Source: Octopus sinensis (taxonomy: Eukaryota). Taken from it: a stretch of DNA of 64,000 nt. The stretch spans positions 31,558,001 to 31,622,000 of the forward strand of contig NC_043001.1 in assembly GCF_006345805.1 (NCBI RefSeq), given 5' to 3'. The notes below the pieces were generated by a model that made no database searches, had not been told where the DNA came from, and saw nothing but the letters and a program-made list of their open reading frames with translations. Positions 25,452-39,197 of the stretch are shown piece after piece. The translations under genes and the position numbers were made by a program. Each line of letters starts with the position of its first letter. The stretch's first letter is position 1.

Positions 25452-28400
25452 TAAGGCAGTATGGTGTTAGTCAAAAAATTTGACTAGTTTTACACAAAAC
25501 AATGAAACACTCTGAATATGTCCCCAAATGTTTTTGGAAGAAATTAATCAGAAGAGGAAGCAGAACATATACAACTTCTGTAACATGTTTCAGCTTGGTG
25601 AGGTTTATATGCTTGTGCCTACTGTTGCAGGCTAATGCTTGTGGGGTTAATGTGGGAAGGTATGGTATTCCAGAGAGTAGCAGTTTAGAGAAAGGATGAA
25701 TGGTCATCAAATAATTCAGTGCAGAGTCTCAAGAGTGAGATACAGTAATGTTGAAGAGAGGAGATATAGGTGCAAACTTTAAATCACCTCTTACTAGTTC
25801 AGAGTAGTAGAGAGCTATTGTAACTGTGACGGAGAGACTGTACATCTATGAACCTGGAGTTGTAATGTATTGGAGAGCGAGTTTTTGTTAGTCAGATTAA
25901 CCGTTTTCTGAATTTCAAGAGGAAGACTGGGTGTTTTGGATGCAGATTTGGTAATGTTACAATATATGTGAGGCTGCCTAGTATTTGTGGAATTTCTGAT
26001 TGTGTGTAAATTACATGGCTGTAGAATATTTATTACATATCTATAGTGATTATGTGTTGATGCTGTTAAAAAAATCTGATGCCTTCATTCATGGAACTAG
26101 AGTATGTCCAGTATATTAAGAAGTAATGGCAAATAGTCGTTAATGCACAGAATTAAAGAAAAGTGTCAAATTGAATCTTAGGCAAAAACAGAGCTGAGAT
26201 GAAGTGAGAGAGTGAGAAAGCTCTTTAAGAGAACATTGCAATGGTCTAGTCCTAGAGAAAACTACTGAACCAAAGGAGAGGGATATTTGTAACCTCTAAG
26301 TGGTCAACTCGACTCAGAGGCTCTCATGTTAGACATCATATAAGCACAATATTACTTTTATTGAGGGCAAATTTCTGACAGAACTGGCTCTACAGATACA
26401 ACATTGGTAGTCACTGAGAGAAAGGAAATGGTTATTATGATTGTTTCTTAGACATTTGAGGTATTGGAAGTTAGCATGATAAAACAATAGTTGATAAAGC
26501 CAGAGAGGTTGCCTTTTTTGGGGAGTGGATCTATTTAGAATTTCCATAAATTGGGAAGGATAGGAACTAGACATTCAGTTCACTTTTTGAGGATAATGCT
26601 GGGGAAAGTCAAAGTATTCATCTTGTTGGGTTTGTAGATTAGTAGAGAAGAATTTTGGAAGAGTTTTGTAGCATGTATGCAGTGTAAAGCTGAAACTAAA
26701 ATAAGTAATGCAAGCAATGACTTTATCAGTGAGAGTCAACCTAGTTGAGAAGTGGTGATAGTAAGGTCTTCTTATCACAAACAATGTTTTTCATTTGTAC
26801 AGCACAGTTGCAAGTGAGCTACTAAGGGGTTTTGGAGCTGTAAGCTTCGGTTGAGTGAAGAATGCAGAATGACAAACCTTGCAAGGTGTTGTATGTGACT
26901 AAGATGTCTTAGATTTAGCAGAGGTAAGACATTCATTGCTGGTAGAGTTTTGGGCATTTAGTTGATCTAATGTACTAGATCTATCCTCATCCAAAGTACT
27001 GTCTCACTATACCCTGTTCAAATCATGAGGTTGACTTAATTTTATTATCCCACCAAAAACAATAAAACAGTCATATTTGGGCAAGTAAGTGTTGTAAAGA
27101 AAATGCAGGTTCTGGCAACCCAAATTAGCAACAATTTGGATTCCACAATTTCTTCCTGTCATATCATTTCACAATTTCGTGCCACGCAACACATTGGTCT
27201 GCCCTCATTCACCATGTCTAATGTTTTCTTTAGTTCAACCCTCACAATGCACACAATTCAGAGAGTATGGAGTGTGTAAATGTTATTTATTTTAAAGCTA
27301 GTTTAAGAATACAACAGAACATTTACCAATAGGGTGATTCAATATTGAGAGTCAAGTTAAATTTATGGAAAATTTTGAGTTGATTGTACAGTGTGTGTGT
27401 GAGTGGAGAGAGAAGATCTAACCCCAGTACTTAACAGGTACTTAGTTGATCTTTGAAAGATGCAAGGCAAGATTGACATCAGCAGGGTTTGAACAATTAC
27501 CATAGTGCATTTGTGTGAGACTTTAGTGATTTTGTCGATCAATTGCTCAATGTTTCTAAAAAAATGTATTATTGCAACAACTCTTATTTTTCATTAATTA
27601 TTTCTAAAATCAATGGAGCTAATAATTAATAGCCATTGCTAATTAATGGATAATGCAGAATATACATTCAAAACACGTTACGTTTGACAGTATTTCACCA
27701 GGATGTTAAATAAGTACACCACCAATGTTTATAGGAGGCCAGCATAAATTCAATTTAATATTTCTTCTACAGCATTGGTCAAGTGGCTCAGCTAATGGTC
27801 ATAACATCATGGGTTCAAATCCTGGACCAGATGGTGTACTGCTTCCCTGGACAAAGCAGTTTATTTTCCAAGATGCTTCAGTCTATTATTCAGCTGTAAT
27901 GAGAATCAGCTGCATGCTGGTTCAGTCCTCTTCCCCTCCAGCTGTCACAAACTAGATGTTGTGTTGGGTCACTGGTGAGAGACCCTGGAGGGCATCAATG
28001 TTTGCTTGTGATACATTAGGCCCCTTAAACACTTAGTGATAGCATGATACATGTTACCAAATAATATGTGGTTACAAGAGATGGCTGGCTATTAATATGA
28101 CAGCAGTGAAACTTCAATCTTGTGCAAGGCTAATTTAAGAATAACTGAATAAAATAAATAAATGTAGAAAATAACTTGTACAACAAAAATATGCAAAATC
28201 ACAATGAGGTTTTGAAGAATCCTTTTGAAAATTCTTTTCTTTTCCAATTCTCACATTTCACTTTTAGATATCGTTTTATTCCTGTATGTTATCCAAAAAT
28301 ATAAATAAGGTAACAAGTCTTTCTATTTGAAAAAAAATAAAAATACAACAAAGCAAAATAAAAACATAGACACTATTAAAAAAACAACCATTTGTTCCTA

Positions 28401-28624
28401 ATAAGACCATACATAACCAGTTGTGAATGAACTAAAGACAAAAGGTAACTTACAGCAAGGGAAGTAACTCTCAATATAGTGTGTGTGTGGGTGTATGTGT
28501 GTGCGTGTGTTGCCAAGTGGTTAAGAAATTTGCTTCACTATCATGATGGATGGTCCAGGTTCAATAACCATGGCATAGCCACATAAGAGGCCTTTGGTAA
28601 CTGTCTGTTACCAAGACCTTGTAA

Positions 28625-29005
28625 GCTAAGTTCTGAGTTCAAATTCTGCCGAGATTGACTTTTACCTTTCGTCCTTTCAGGGTCGATAAATTAAGTACCA
28701 GTTGAATACTGGGGTCAATTTGATCAACCAACTCCTCCCCCAAATTTCAGGCCTCGTATCTATAATAGAAAGGATTATTAAGGTGGCGAGCTGGCAGAAT
28801 TGTTAGCATGCCAGGCAAAATGCATAGTGGCATTTCACCCGTCTTTATGTTCTGAGTTCAGATTCTGCTGAGGTCAACTTTGCCTTTTGTCCTTTTGGGG
28901 GTTGATAAAATAAGCATCAGTTGATCACTGGAGTCAACGTAATCAACTGATCCCTTCTTCCAAAATTTCGGGCCTTGCACTTACAGCAGAAAGGATTACT
29001 ATTAT
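28625..29005 (+). mobile_element. Second head-to-tail family B SINE dimer (first copy 5'-truncated)
   Basis: ...tataatagaaaggattatta|aggtggcgagctggcagaat... junction at ~28780. Confidence 0.82.
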
Positions 29006-30419
29006 TATAGTTATGTAACTTCACATTGTGTTGTCCAGTACCACACCGTACCGAAGTGCTTGTTAACTCTTAGTAGTGAATTAAAGAAAACATTATTATT
29101 ATTAACTGGTAAGTTTGACATCTCCACTAGTCAGACATAGCAAATAAACTAACATATAGAAGAAGAAAGAGAAATCAGCCATTCTTTTGTTTGATAATAT
29201 ACCAATAGCACCATATACAACAGAGCTAAGAATATGTAATACAATTAATGATCTTATGAGATATGAGATTTATTATACACGTTAAGAAAAAATCACAAAA
29301 AATTATTCCAAGTTAAACTCACATGGTACACAGTTAACTTTTTTTTTCATTAATAATAATTATTTTTATGATGATACAGATGAAAAAATTGAAACAGAGT
29401 TTCATATCACTTCATTTGACACTTGTCCAGCAGTGGCAAGCACTGAATGCTTCGTCAGCTAGAAATAGCAGTCAAATTACCTTCAAATAATACTCTACTG
29501 TCTTGGTCAAAGAAGACATGATCATCATTGTTGGCATATCTCCAACCATAGGTCTGCTGCACCAGGGCTGACCTAGGGCTAAACAGCAACAAAGTGTGTG
29601 ATCTCTTTTCAGTTCTCACTTGGCACTACTTTACTTTAGTGACAGCAATGGTGACCTTTGGTTAGGTAATCAACACTGCAACTCTTATTCCTGATGTTAG
29701 GTGTCATTGTCTACCTATCTCTTGAAGAGAGAGTGAAAATCAGTCTAGTGTGTCCTTCCTCAAACCTTCCAATAGATTCAAAGAAAGATAAATAGAGAAT
29801 TATTTGAGGGGAAGAAAGAAGAGCTTCATGTTATAAGATGTATTAAAAAGTAGCAGTTACAACAACTGTGCCTGTTTGTCTTGGATTCATCATAGTTCAG
29901 GACAAAATATGATATAATCATTATGTTAAGTTTTTTGTTTTGCAGTAATATTTTAACTGCTAGTTTCACATTGAAAAATAAAGGGATGCAACTTGAATTT
30001 CACCTATTCTCAATCAGACCCCACAGGAAGTTTGTTCAGCTGAATAAGAAGTAACTGAAATATCAGAAATTGGTATTTCATTAATAACTCATTGAAGTTG
30101 AAGTAGATAAGGTGCATACCAAAGCTATATTATATTTCAAAATTCTCACTTTGAAAACATGGCAAAATTTGACCACTTCTATAATATTCTCTTGTTTTCA
30201 CCTTAAGTCAACACTTGCACTACATGGATTATTGCTCTTCCACCATAATAAGGAGAACTCGAAATAAAGAAATGTTGACCATTTGATGAATGAATCATTT
30301 AGGTTCATCACAGCAAATCTACATTCCACAAATCACTGCAACAAGTCCAATGAGAATTCACTGGATTTTCCCATTTAACCATAAATGAGAACAAATACCT
30401 TCTTTATAGGATAGTATGG

Positions 30420-30960
30420 AGAAAACTATATTCCTGCCATTAACAAACTATCCCTGTGTGAAGGGAATTTTGCTTTCTGTATGTTTGAGAAAGAAGGAGC
30501 GGGTAAGACTGATGCAGTTGATCTTAATATTGGAGAACTAGAGAGCAGGAACTCATGAAAAAGGAACAGTTTCATAAAGTGATTATGTTTAGTGAGAGTT
30601 TTAAGGTGAAAAATAATAAAAGCAGGAAGAAGAAGTGAGATGGGTTTAACAAGATGGTTTGAAAAGAGAGGCACAATATGGCTAGTGTATTCTGAAAATT
30701 TGAGAGTGTTTAGAGTATGTATTATAGAAATATTCACAAGGTGAAAATGGAATAGTGATGTTCAGTATGGAAGTGAAGTGGTTACATAGATAACTTTCTT
30801 CTGAAAATCAATTTAGGATGTCAGTGCATGGAGGTTTATATTCCATCAGAAATGTAAACCCTATTATGGAATATTGTTTGAACAGTGTTTCATAATGGGG
30901 TTGTGTTTAGGCATTACAAAATCAACAGTTGCTGGGAGATGATATTTATATTTGTCCTAG
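30420..30960 (+). mobile_element. Highly decayed LINE RT remnant (CR1/Jockey-like)
   Basis: Fragment NVNPIMEYC resembles the VRPIMEYC motif of the RT C-terminus; purine-rich coding-like composition. Confidence 0.35.
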
Positions 30961-33900
30961 AGACATGGCTTTGTATTGTAATGTATTAACAATATTGATA
31001 ATATGGGGCTTTTAGAAAAAAAAAATATTTGTGTAGATGGCAAGTTCTAGCAAGTGTATATTATTGTCATTAAGGTGCAGTACAATTTTAATATTTACTA
31101 AGTGTTGTTAAATGTTTTTGTTGAGAAAATAATAACATATCTAAATTAAATATTGTAAAACAAACTTGCATTCATTTTATTTGAAACTTTATAATTCTGA
31201 GCAGCATAAAAGTAACATTAAAGAAAATCAACAAGAAGAAGCCACCAGAGGAAACTGATAACAATACAGAATACTAAATGGTCATATATGTATATGTGTG
31301 TGTTTATTTCATAATTTATGTATTAAAGGCCAGTATAAAATTGAATGAGATTTTGTTTCTGAAAGCACTTGTCCTTTGTAAACTTAGAAACGTCATAGTT
31401 AAATTATTTTTAAAATTGGTTCATATAACACTTATTTAGTAATAGATTGAAATGTGAGTTAGGGTCACTTCCTGTATAACTAAGGAAAGACTTTAAAGTG
31501 TCAGTGCTCAACTCTGGATATATAACAGACCAGTGATAACTCTCCCTTCCTATGTAGGATGTATGAATATAACAGATACTATTTTCCAAATGATCTAGTT
31601 GCTCCTTCCTGATATTGATGTGAACTAAGGCAATATAGACTAAAGTGTTTGGTTTAAAAATACAACCAAACTAATGCATCAAATCTGATTGTACCCAATG
31701 AGCAAGTGGTTCAATATCCAGTTGATCTAAAGTTACCTCAGCAACTTTAGATATAATAACAATAGGATTGGTACATAATCTAGTAACAGATATTATCGAG
31801 TTACTTATGTAAAAAAAATTAGAGTTAACTTGATAAAATAACTCCCAGAAAATTCAGGCATCTAAAATGTAACCTAGTGTATTTCAAACCCCTTTTGTTT
31901 TTCAATGGTTAGAATACTTAAGATATGATAATAACTAACACACATAATATGTTCTTTGAAATTTACTGCCAGTTTATTTAAGTTTTGGTCATGAGATGGA
32001 GTATTCCAGCTATGCTTTAAATGTTATGTCCCACCCACTACTAGTCGAAGCAATATATTATGTAATCAATTCATTTTCCTACTGTTCACTTTAGTATGTT
32101 TTATGTTGGTGTTCCTGACCAAGATATAAATAAATCTATTGTCCCAGAACATTAGAGAGCTTGCAAATGAAGTTAACTGAAATAGTTAATTTCAAAAGGT
32201 GAATCAGAAGTAATTTCCCCAGGTCCTACAAAGCTGAAAGATTTTTTTCCCTTTGGTTTTACATGATTTAATCAAGAGAAAGGACAGTACCAATAAACCT
32301 TTTTCAGGGTCTCTGAGAATAGTGGGAGGAAGTAAGTTATGCTCAAGTGGCTGGGCCCTGAATGCTTGCAACAGAGGGCTAGGTTTTGGTTTGGATTAAG
32401 TCTAACACTTAAAAAATCGAAATAATTTGGGCAAGTTATGATCATGAACATTTCTGAAGATTAGAAGTAAACTCTTGACCAGATTCTGTATAGAGTGAGG
32501 GGGGGGGGGGGGTTATGAATAGATGGAGGAGAAGCAAGTGGACTTAGGATGGGATAAAATACAGAAAGTTTAAGAAAATTAAAGACAGTGGAAGAAAAAG
32601 TAACAGACAAAATGAAACCAAACCAAGTAAGAAAATAACAAAATTAAAATCAAACTTTTACTAGTTACTAAGGCTAAGAACAAGCATTCCATAATTTATT
32701 TCTGGTTCTACACACACACACACGCCTTTGCAATATTGCTTATGTCATAAATATGCGCCTGTGGGCCACTGAATGTGTCATAAGCAAAACCCAACTATGA
32801 AATATTGCTCATGACATTAACATATACACATCACAATACTATTTGTGTCACATAAGCCATCCAATCTGCGATATTAATGTTCAACACAATGTACAGAACA
32901 TTGGCAAGTGTCACATGACGGAATTTAGAAGCACAAGAGTTGTTTTAATATAGATACAAGAAGTGAACAAAGATGACAGTAAAAATAAATGGAAAACAGA
33001 AAAAAAAAAACAAAACACCCCCCCCCCCCACTTCCCTGTATCTAAAAAGATATCTTAGAAACTGGGAATGTAATTAAATTGAAAAACACGTCATTTCTGA
33101 GTCAAGATTCGACAAAAACAACAGTGAAAAGATATTTCATCAGACACATAAGATTAGATAACTCTGGCTAGGAATTTCTCACAAGCTCTGAAAACCACAC
33201 ACACACACCATACCATACAATTCATTCATTGTCGTTTTTCTTGGTTGGTTATGCTTGATTAGCCAGCTATTGTCATATACTTTAATAAAAGTAATCATAG
33301 CACTTCTAATTACATAGGTATAGAATAAGAAGTCCCGCAACGCTAAATTGTAAAACTTTTAATAGCCATCTCTATTTTGAGTGGGGGAGAGTGACAAATA
33401 CAAAATAATGTAAACACAAATTCTGGATTTAATATATAGATACCCACACACACACATAAAACATACATAATCATATTGAAGGATGCCGTCTGATCATCAC
33501 ATCAAATATTTCACTTCTTTATTAAAAAGCCTTCTTCACAAAAGAATTACTAACAAGACTGGCAACAATCTATAAAATTAAAACAAAGAATGGACAATTA
33601 ATTTTTATTTTTGTGATGCTTTTGATCAGTTTATATATACTATTCGAAGCAGACAAAAGGATAATTATCATACATTACTTCCTCATGTGTGCATACACAT
33701 ACATACATGCATATACACATACGAATGTTTAGTTTTAGCCATCACAGTCAAGAAGGACCTGTTGGAACAATATATATATATTTGTTTATGTGTACACACA
33801 CGGTGTTTATAATGAATATATAGAAATAGATGAAAAATGTTAAGTACTCCGGTAATTTTCTTTAATGTAAATAAATGTTTATGTTAATTAAAAAATTTGC

Positions 33901-34505
33901 CAGCAAAATCTTATAAAATGACAATGTTCTAAAAAATGTACATGTTTATATGTTATATATGGAAATAAAATTTATATATACGTGAATACGAGAGTGAAAG
34001 AGCGCATTTAAAAGAAAATATTTGAAACATTCAAATAATTTTTGAAGTCTTCCCAAAAAAACTCAATTAAAAATAATAAAGGAACTCATAATAATAATAA
34101 TAATAAAATGAAAAAATAAAAACTAAAATTAGAAATGAAAACTATATATTAAAGAATAACCCAAATATTCTTAATCCTTATTTGAAAATAAAATTTCAAA
34201 AAAATCATTCTAGCCGAGTTTGAAAGCAAAATAAGACGGAGAAAGATAATCGTATGCGAATTGGTCGCTAACCAGTGCTGTTACCAAGCCGCTTCTAAAC
34301 TGGGTGTGTCTAACGGCGCGCCGACCAGATTGATATTCATAAAATATAGAATAGTAGCCAGTCACGAGTGGATTAATAAGGGAGACTTTGATTGCAAGTT
34401 TAGCTGTAGACGTGGGCTTTTTTTTTTGTATCTGCATCAATCCAAAGATGATTTCTTTATTTCCATAATATTATACATACATACATAAAATGCAATATAT
34501 TTCAA

Positions 34506-34542
<37 letters not shown>

Positions 34543-35521
34543 CATATGTACACATTACATATACGTGTTTAGTAAGTGTTATGTGTATACAGTAAATGGG
34601 AAGACGGTGCGGTCGAACATATAAATCTATAAAGAAAGGGTTGCCAGCAACAGGACCACAAGGCGGGCGGATCAATAAACAAAGATGCTAAGCGGAGCAA
34701 CACCGATTTTCATGTCCAGCAGTCATGGGGGGAAACTGACACAAGACCTCGCATAAGAGAGGGACTCACACTTGTAGATAAGGTCACAACCGAAAGAAGC
34801 AGACGTTATCTGAATATATATATATTACAAGTACACACGCAGAGATCGAACAATTAACACCGCCAGTCTCAGGGACATCATCGTGTAGCAACGAGACAAG
34901 GAGCGAGAAAAAAAATAGAGAAAGGAGACCAGCACAGTACAAGTGGCTATTAATTTCGCACGTGGTCGCAACAAACAACCAGATACACAATTAAGAGCAA
35001 AAAAAAAGAAAGAAAGAAAGAAAAGAGGAACTGAATAATCATGGCAGCTAGTTCGAATAACATAAGCAGCGATCGAGAGAGAGAGAGAAAAAAAAAGAAA
35101 GATAATCTGTTTGTCACTAGACTAAAGGTAAAAGCTATCAGTTTCAAAAAATGAGAACAACAATATCAAATTATGTAGACAAGTTATGCACAGGGGGGAA
35201 AAGAAACCAGAGTAGAAACAGGAAGTGTTAACGTTCAAGTCCTAGGTAAGAGTGTCAGCAATGCTCTCGAGAACTGAAACAGAGTGGTACACTGTTGTTA
35301 ACTCACTGTCGCATTAAGATAACAACATTTATTTTAAATACAAGGTTACATTGTAAGAATGGGGTCATAATTGATATAAAAATCGACCGCGGTAATCTTA
35401 CTGCTATTTGTTACGGGCGGGCGTTCCGGAACAGGGATAAGTTTAGGGCACAAATTACACAGGTTTCTGTAATAAACACAACAACAATAATAGTTAATAA
35501 TAAAATGAAGACGGTACATAC

Positions 35522-35636
35522 GCTTCAACCTGATCGTCTGCAGATGAGCCATCTGCTCATGCTGTAGCCAGATCGCCTGGTTTGCTATAAAAGATTTTTC
35601 ACTCATCAATGAATTAGGTGTAGTCATCTCCAACAT
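35522..35636 (-). CDS. Candidate first coding exon MLEMTTPNSLMSEKSFIANQAIWLQHEQMAHLQTIRLK (phase-1 donor); product unknown
   Basis: Acceptor ggattacag|35644, ATG 35636, donor aagc|gtatgt at 35521. Upstream 70-nt intron begins gtaagc (35714). Lies in a CpG-retaining island. No downstream partner exon identified. Confidence 0.4.
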
Positions 35637-36539
35637 GATTAATTCTGTAATCCTTTGAATTCAGTATGCAGAAGGCCATACCTTAGAAAAAAGTATGCTG
35701 GCGTAAAAGCTTACTTCACATCTGACAGGTGAAACTGCCAAGTTTTGCAAAAGAGTAGATGAGAATGCGAGAGAGAGAGAGGGAGATAGAGAGATGGAGA
35801 AAGAGAGAGGGAGTCAGCATCCAAAGCTATAGCGAAATACTTTTCTTCTTCATCGGTGCTGCTGCAGAGAAGAGAAACAATAACAATGATAAGGAAGTAG
35901 AGAGATGGGGAAAACTACTAAACACGATTTTACACGGCAATCGGCAACCGAGTGTCCAGAGACGAACATTTTCCTGCAAAACATACGGTCGATCATTCGA
36001 TTTCGTTGATTTTGCGAAGGTGGTCGATTTAGAATATAGTCAGCGTATGAAGAAAGACTAATAGGTGGTGTAAATGGAAGTTTAAACACAATCGAAAAAA
36101 AACACGCACAGATAGATGCAAAAGTGTTGTAAAAAAAGGGCACTTGTCTGTTGATTGTAATGAAACAGATACTTGATTAAATGTTTTTTTTTCTGTATAC
36201 GTTATGTATGTATGTATATATATATATATAAACACGACACAAAACACGAAAAGACAGGAAAGTTGTCTAGTGTCCAATCTAGTTGTTCTGTGGTATATAT
36301 CTAAGAGTCAATCCAACGAGAACACCACCAGCTGTTAAAGAGAGCCCAGTAGAGTTGTGGTAGAAAGTACAGTAATATAGACAGGCCGAACAGACAGTTA
36401 GGATCAAGACACAGCGCTCAACATACCATACAGATGGTTTGAGAGAGAGAGGGAGCTTACAAAAATAAATAAATACAAAATCCAGCTAGAAAACGAATGT
36501 CTGCTTGCCTATGATGCAGGCAAGCTAGAAACTGACAGA

Positions 36540-36720
36540 CAGCCGTGCAGGCACACACACACACACGTCAGCCCGCGCGCGCGGACATACACGCACGCAC
36601 GCACCGCACACACGTACTCGCACTCTTCTCAGTCACGCAGTCCATAATTGGTCCACATTCCCAACAACCAACTACAATTATTTATACTCAGCCAATCGCA
36701 GGGCTGCTTTTATCGACGTT
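36540..36720 (-). promoter_or_regulatory. Candidate promoter of the minus-strand transcript
   Basis: CG-rich cccgcgcgcgcgg, half-CRE, ATTGG 36647-36651, CCAAT 36692-36696, TATAAATA on minus 36679-36686. Donor ttt|gtaagc at 36460 and acceptor tttaacag|36331 lie downstream on the minus strand. Confidence 0.45.
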
Positions 36721-37362
36721 TCGCAACCCGACTGTGTTATCTGTCTATATGGTATGCCGTGAAACAAGAAGTTATTTTAGGTCAACAGTTCTGCTGGTAC
36801 TATGGAAGGAAAAGCAGCACTGGCCTAGTGTTAGCGTTAGTGAATGCGCACAGACACAGCTGACTTTTTAACTTTAACCACAAGCAAGTTGTCTGGCTGG
36901 TTGGTCGGTCGGTTGGTTAGTTAAACCGGAGCCACCCTACGCTTGGCTCCCCTCCGCTCCATCATCATGTAAAGCGCGTCGCAGACTGCTACTAGCAGCA
37001 GCAACAAACAAAACCATTACCATCATGACGACGCTTGCCACCACTCTACATACAGTTTTAGTTGTTTTGCAAAGGCGATTTCTCTCCTATATACCTGCGA
37101 GATCAGCTGCAAAGATACATAGTAACTAGAGCTGCCTCTATCTATAAAGAAACATCAGATCTTAAGCATGCACATTTGCACACATTAAAACAAATACATT
37201 ACGCCACGAACACACACAAACAACAAACCTTTTAGTATTGCAGTCAGTATCTCCATCAGCTGAGCACTATCTGAAATCATTTCTCTAAAACAGTTTGATG
37301 TGTTCTATGTAGCGTGCGCGTATATGAGGAAAAACACTAAATATTTCTAAATTAATTTCAAT

Positions 37363-37394
<32 letters not shown>

Positions 37395-38980
37395 TACACA
37401 CGCGCACAACAATATACAAACACTAATTTGTGATTGGTAAAGACCCCCACCGCCGAAATTCGAAATAAGTGTTTATACACGAGTATATATAATGCAGCGA
37501 GCCTTTTTCTATTTGAAAGGAACTTGAATTAAAAGTATAAGGCGACTTAAAGGTAATTATATTGAATATAAGGAAAAGTGACGTTATCATAATTATTAAA
37601 AAAATAAAAATGAAAAGAGAATATTTTATAGTTATTTTTGAGATAATTTAAGAACATTAAAATAAATATGATAATATATTAAACTGTTTCCTTAAATGTC
37701 AAATCCCCATCCCTAGTATAATATTAATATAGTTTATATTTAAAATCTCAGGTGTCTGTACATGTAAATGTGTAAATTTTCAACACTAGTTTTAATCTGA
37801 AATTGTATCGAAAACATGTATCTGGAATTAAATATACTAACAGACTTATCACAAAACTGATAATTGGATTTAACATTCACTGGTCGAAATCTACAAATCT
37901 GTTGCGAAATCGACCCTTAATTTAGTAAAAAAAAAATAGAGAAGAGCGAGTGGGCAGATGAAACAGCCGGACCCTTCAGGATTTCAGTTTAGAATGCAGA
38001 GGGATGGAATTAAATATTTATAGAGGAAACCTCTACAGGCCAGAAATAATAGTTAAATCTGTTTCATATCTCACCCTGCTGCCTTAAAAAGGGAAGGCTT
38101 CGTCGGGTTATATTATCTTAGATACACAATACCGAAAGGAGTGGTGGGGAGAAGACAGGATGGCCACAGTTGGAACGTAAGTCTACTTAATTAGGACTGT
38201 CCTTGGGCGAAATATTTAAGACATTTAACACGATGCTTTACTGTTTCTGTTACACATTCATAAAAGTGAAAAGGAACTGGAGAAAGAAGTTTAAAAATTA
38301 ACCCTATTAGCCAGTAGAATCAAAATACGGAAGAATGGGGGAAAAGTATTGATAAAGTTAATCCAAATGCTATTATAGTTAGATAAGGATAGTCATTACA
38401 ATTGCTATGCTATGGTTCGTACTATCATGAGTCAGAAAAATAGATACGTCGTAGTGTACCGTGCGATTAACATTTTCAAACATCCTGTAATTCCACTCAC
38501 GAGTGACAAACATACATCATCTCTGTTTTTATTATACACTACAATAAAGTTTAACTGCTGAATTATAAAATTTCAATGGTACGATATATTTTATCGATGA
38601 ACATAATTCAATGAAAGGGAGATAAGTCAATATTTTTCGGTCTTGCCTTGATTAGGGTTTCTTCAGTTTATTGATAATAAAATAGAGTTATTTTGAATCA
38701 AAATACGAAGAGAGACACTCGCACAAAAACAGATGTATCTGAATGGGTTAGCAGACAATCTTTTCCGACACAAATAGGGATTACGAAAAAAAAAAAAAAA
38801 AGTTTAAACTGAAAGAAAAAAAAAAAGCAAAGGTGTCTTGTTAAGTAATACCAATTCGTGGAAACAGAGAAGCTTAGGGTTTACCTCATTTAAGTTATTT
38901 AAATGCAACGATTATTAAATATTTTACAAAGAAGTAAATTGGAATTCATACGAAAAAGAAGATTTAATCTATCCAAATAA

Positions 38981-39197
38981 CACGATGCGTGCTGAAAAGT
39001 TCCTGGTTTTAAAGGGTCTCATGAAGGGCTTGGTTGAAGACCTAACCCTTCAAATTTTTTTGCAAGGCTTAGTAAAACTGAAGAGCTGCTGCAATAAGTG
39101 TGATCTGGGAGGAGAATAGGCTGAATAAAATCATAATTAACTGGTCCTCTTGTATTTTCTTTTTCCAAAACCAGGGCCTTTTCAGCATCTCCTCGTG
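38981..39197. mobile_element. Tc1/mariner-type MITE
   Basis: ~30-bp TIRs cacgatgcgtgctgaaaagttcctggtttt / aaaaccagggccttttcagcatctcctcgtg. Confidence 0.8.

Noticed and set aside
32298-32375. SLRIVGG motif resembling a trypsin activation site in a 24-nt exon candidate
   Set aside because: No catalytic His/Asp/Ser exons anywhere in the window; the downstream WPW-like match needs a frameshift and a stop
38131-38182. Plus-strand exon candidate ending aac|gtaagt
   Set aside because: Lies in a SINE-like repeat also seen near 25090-25200 and 29430-29590
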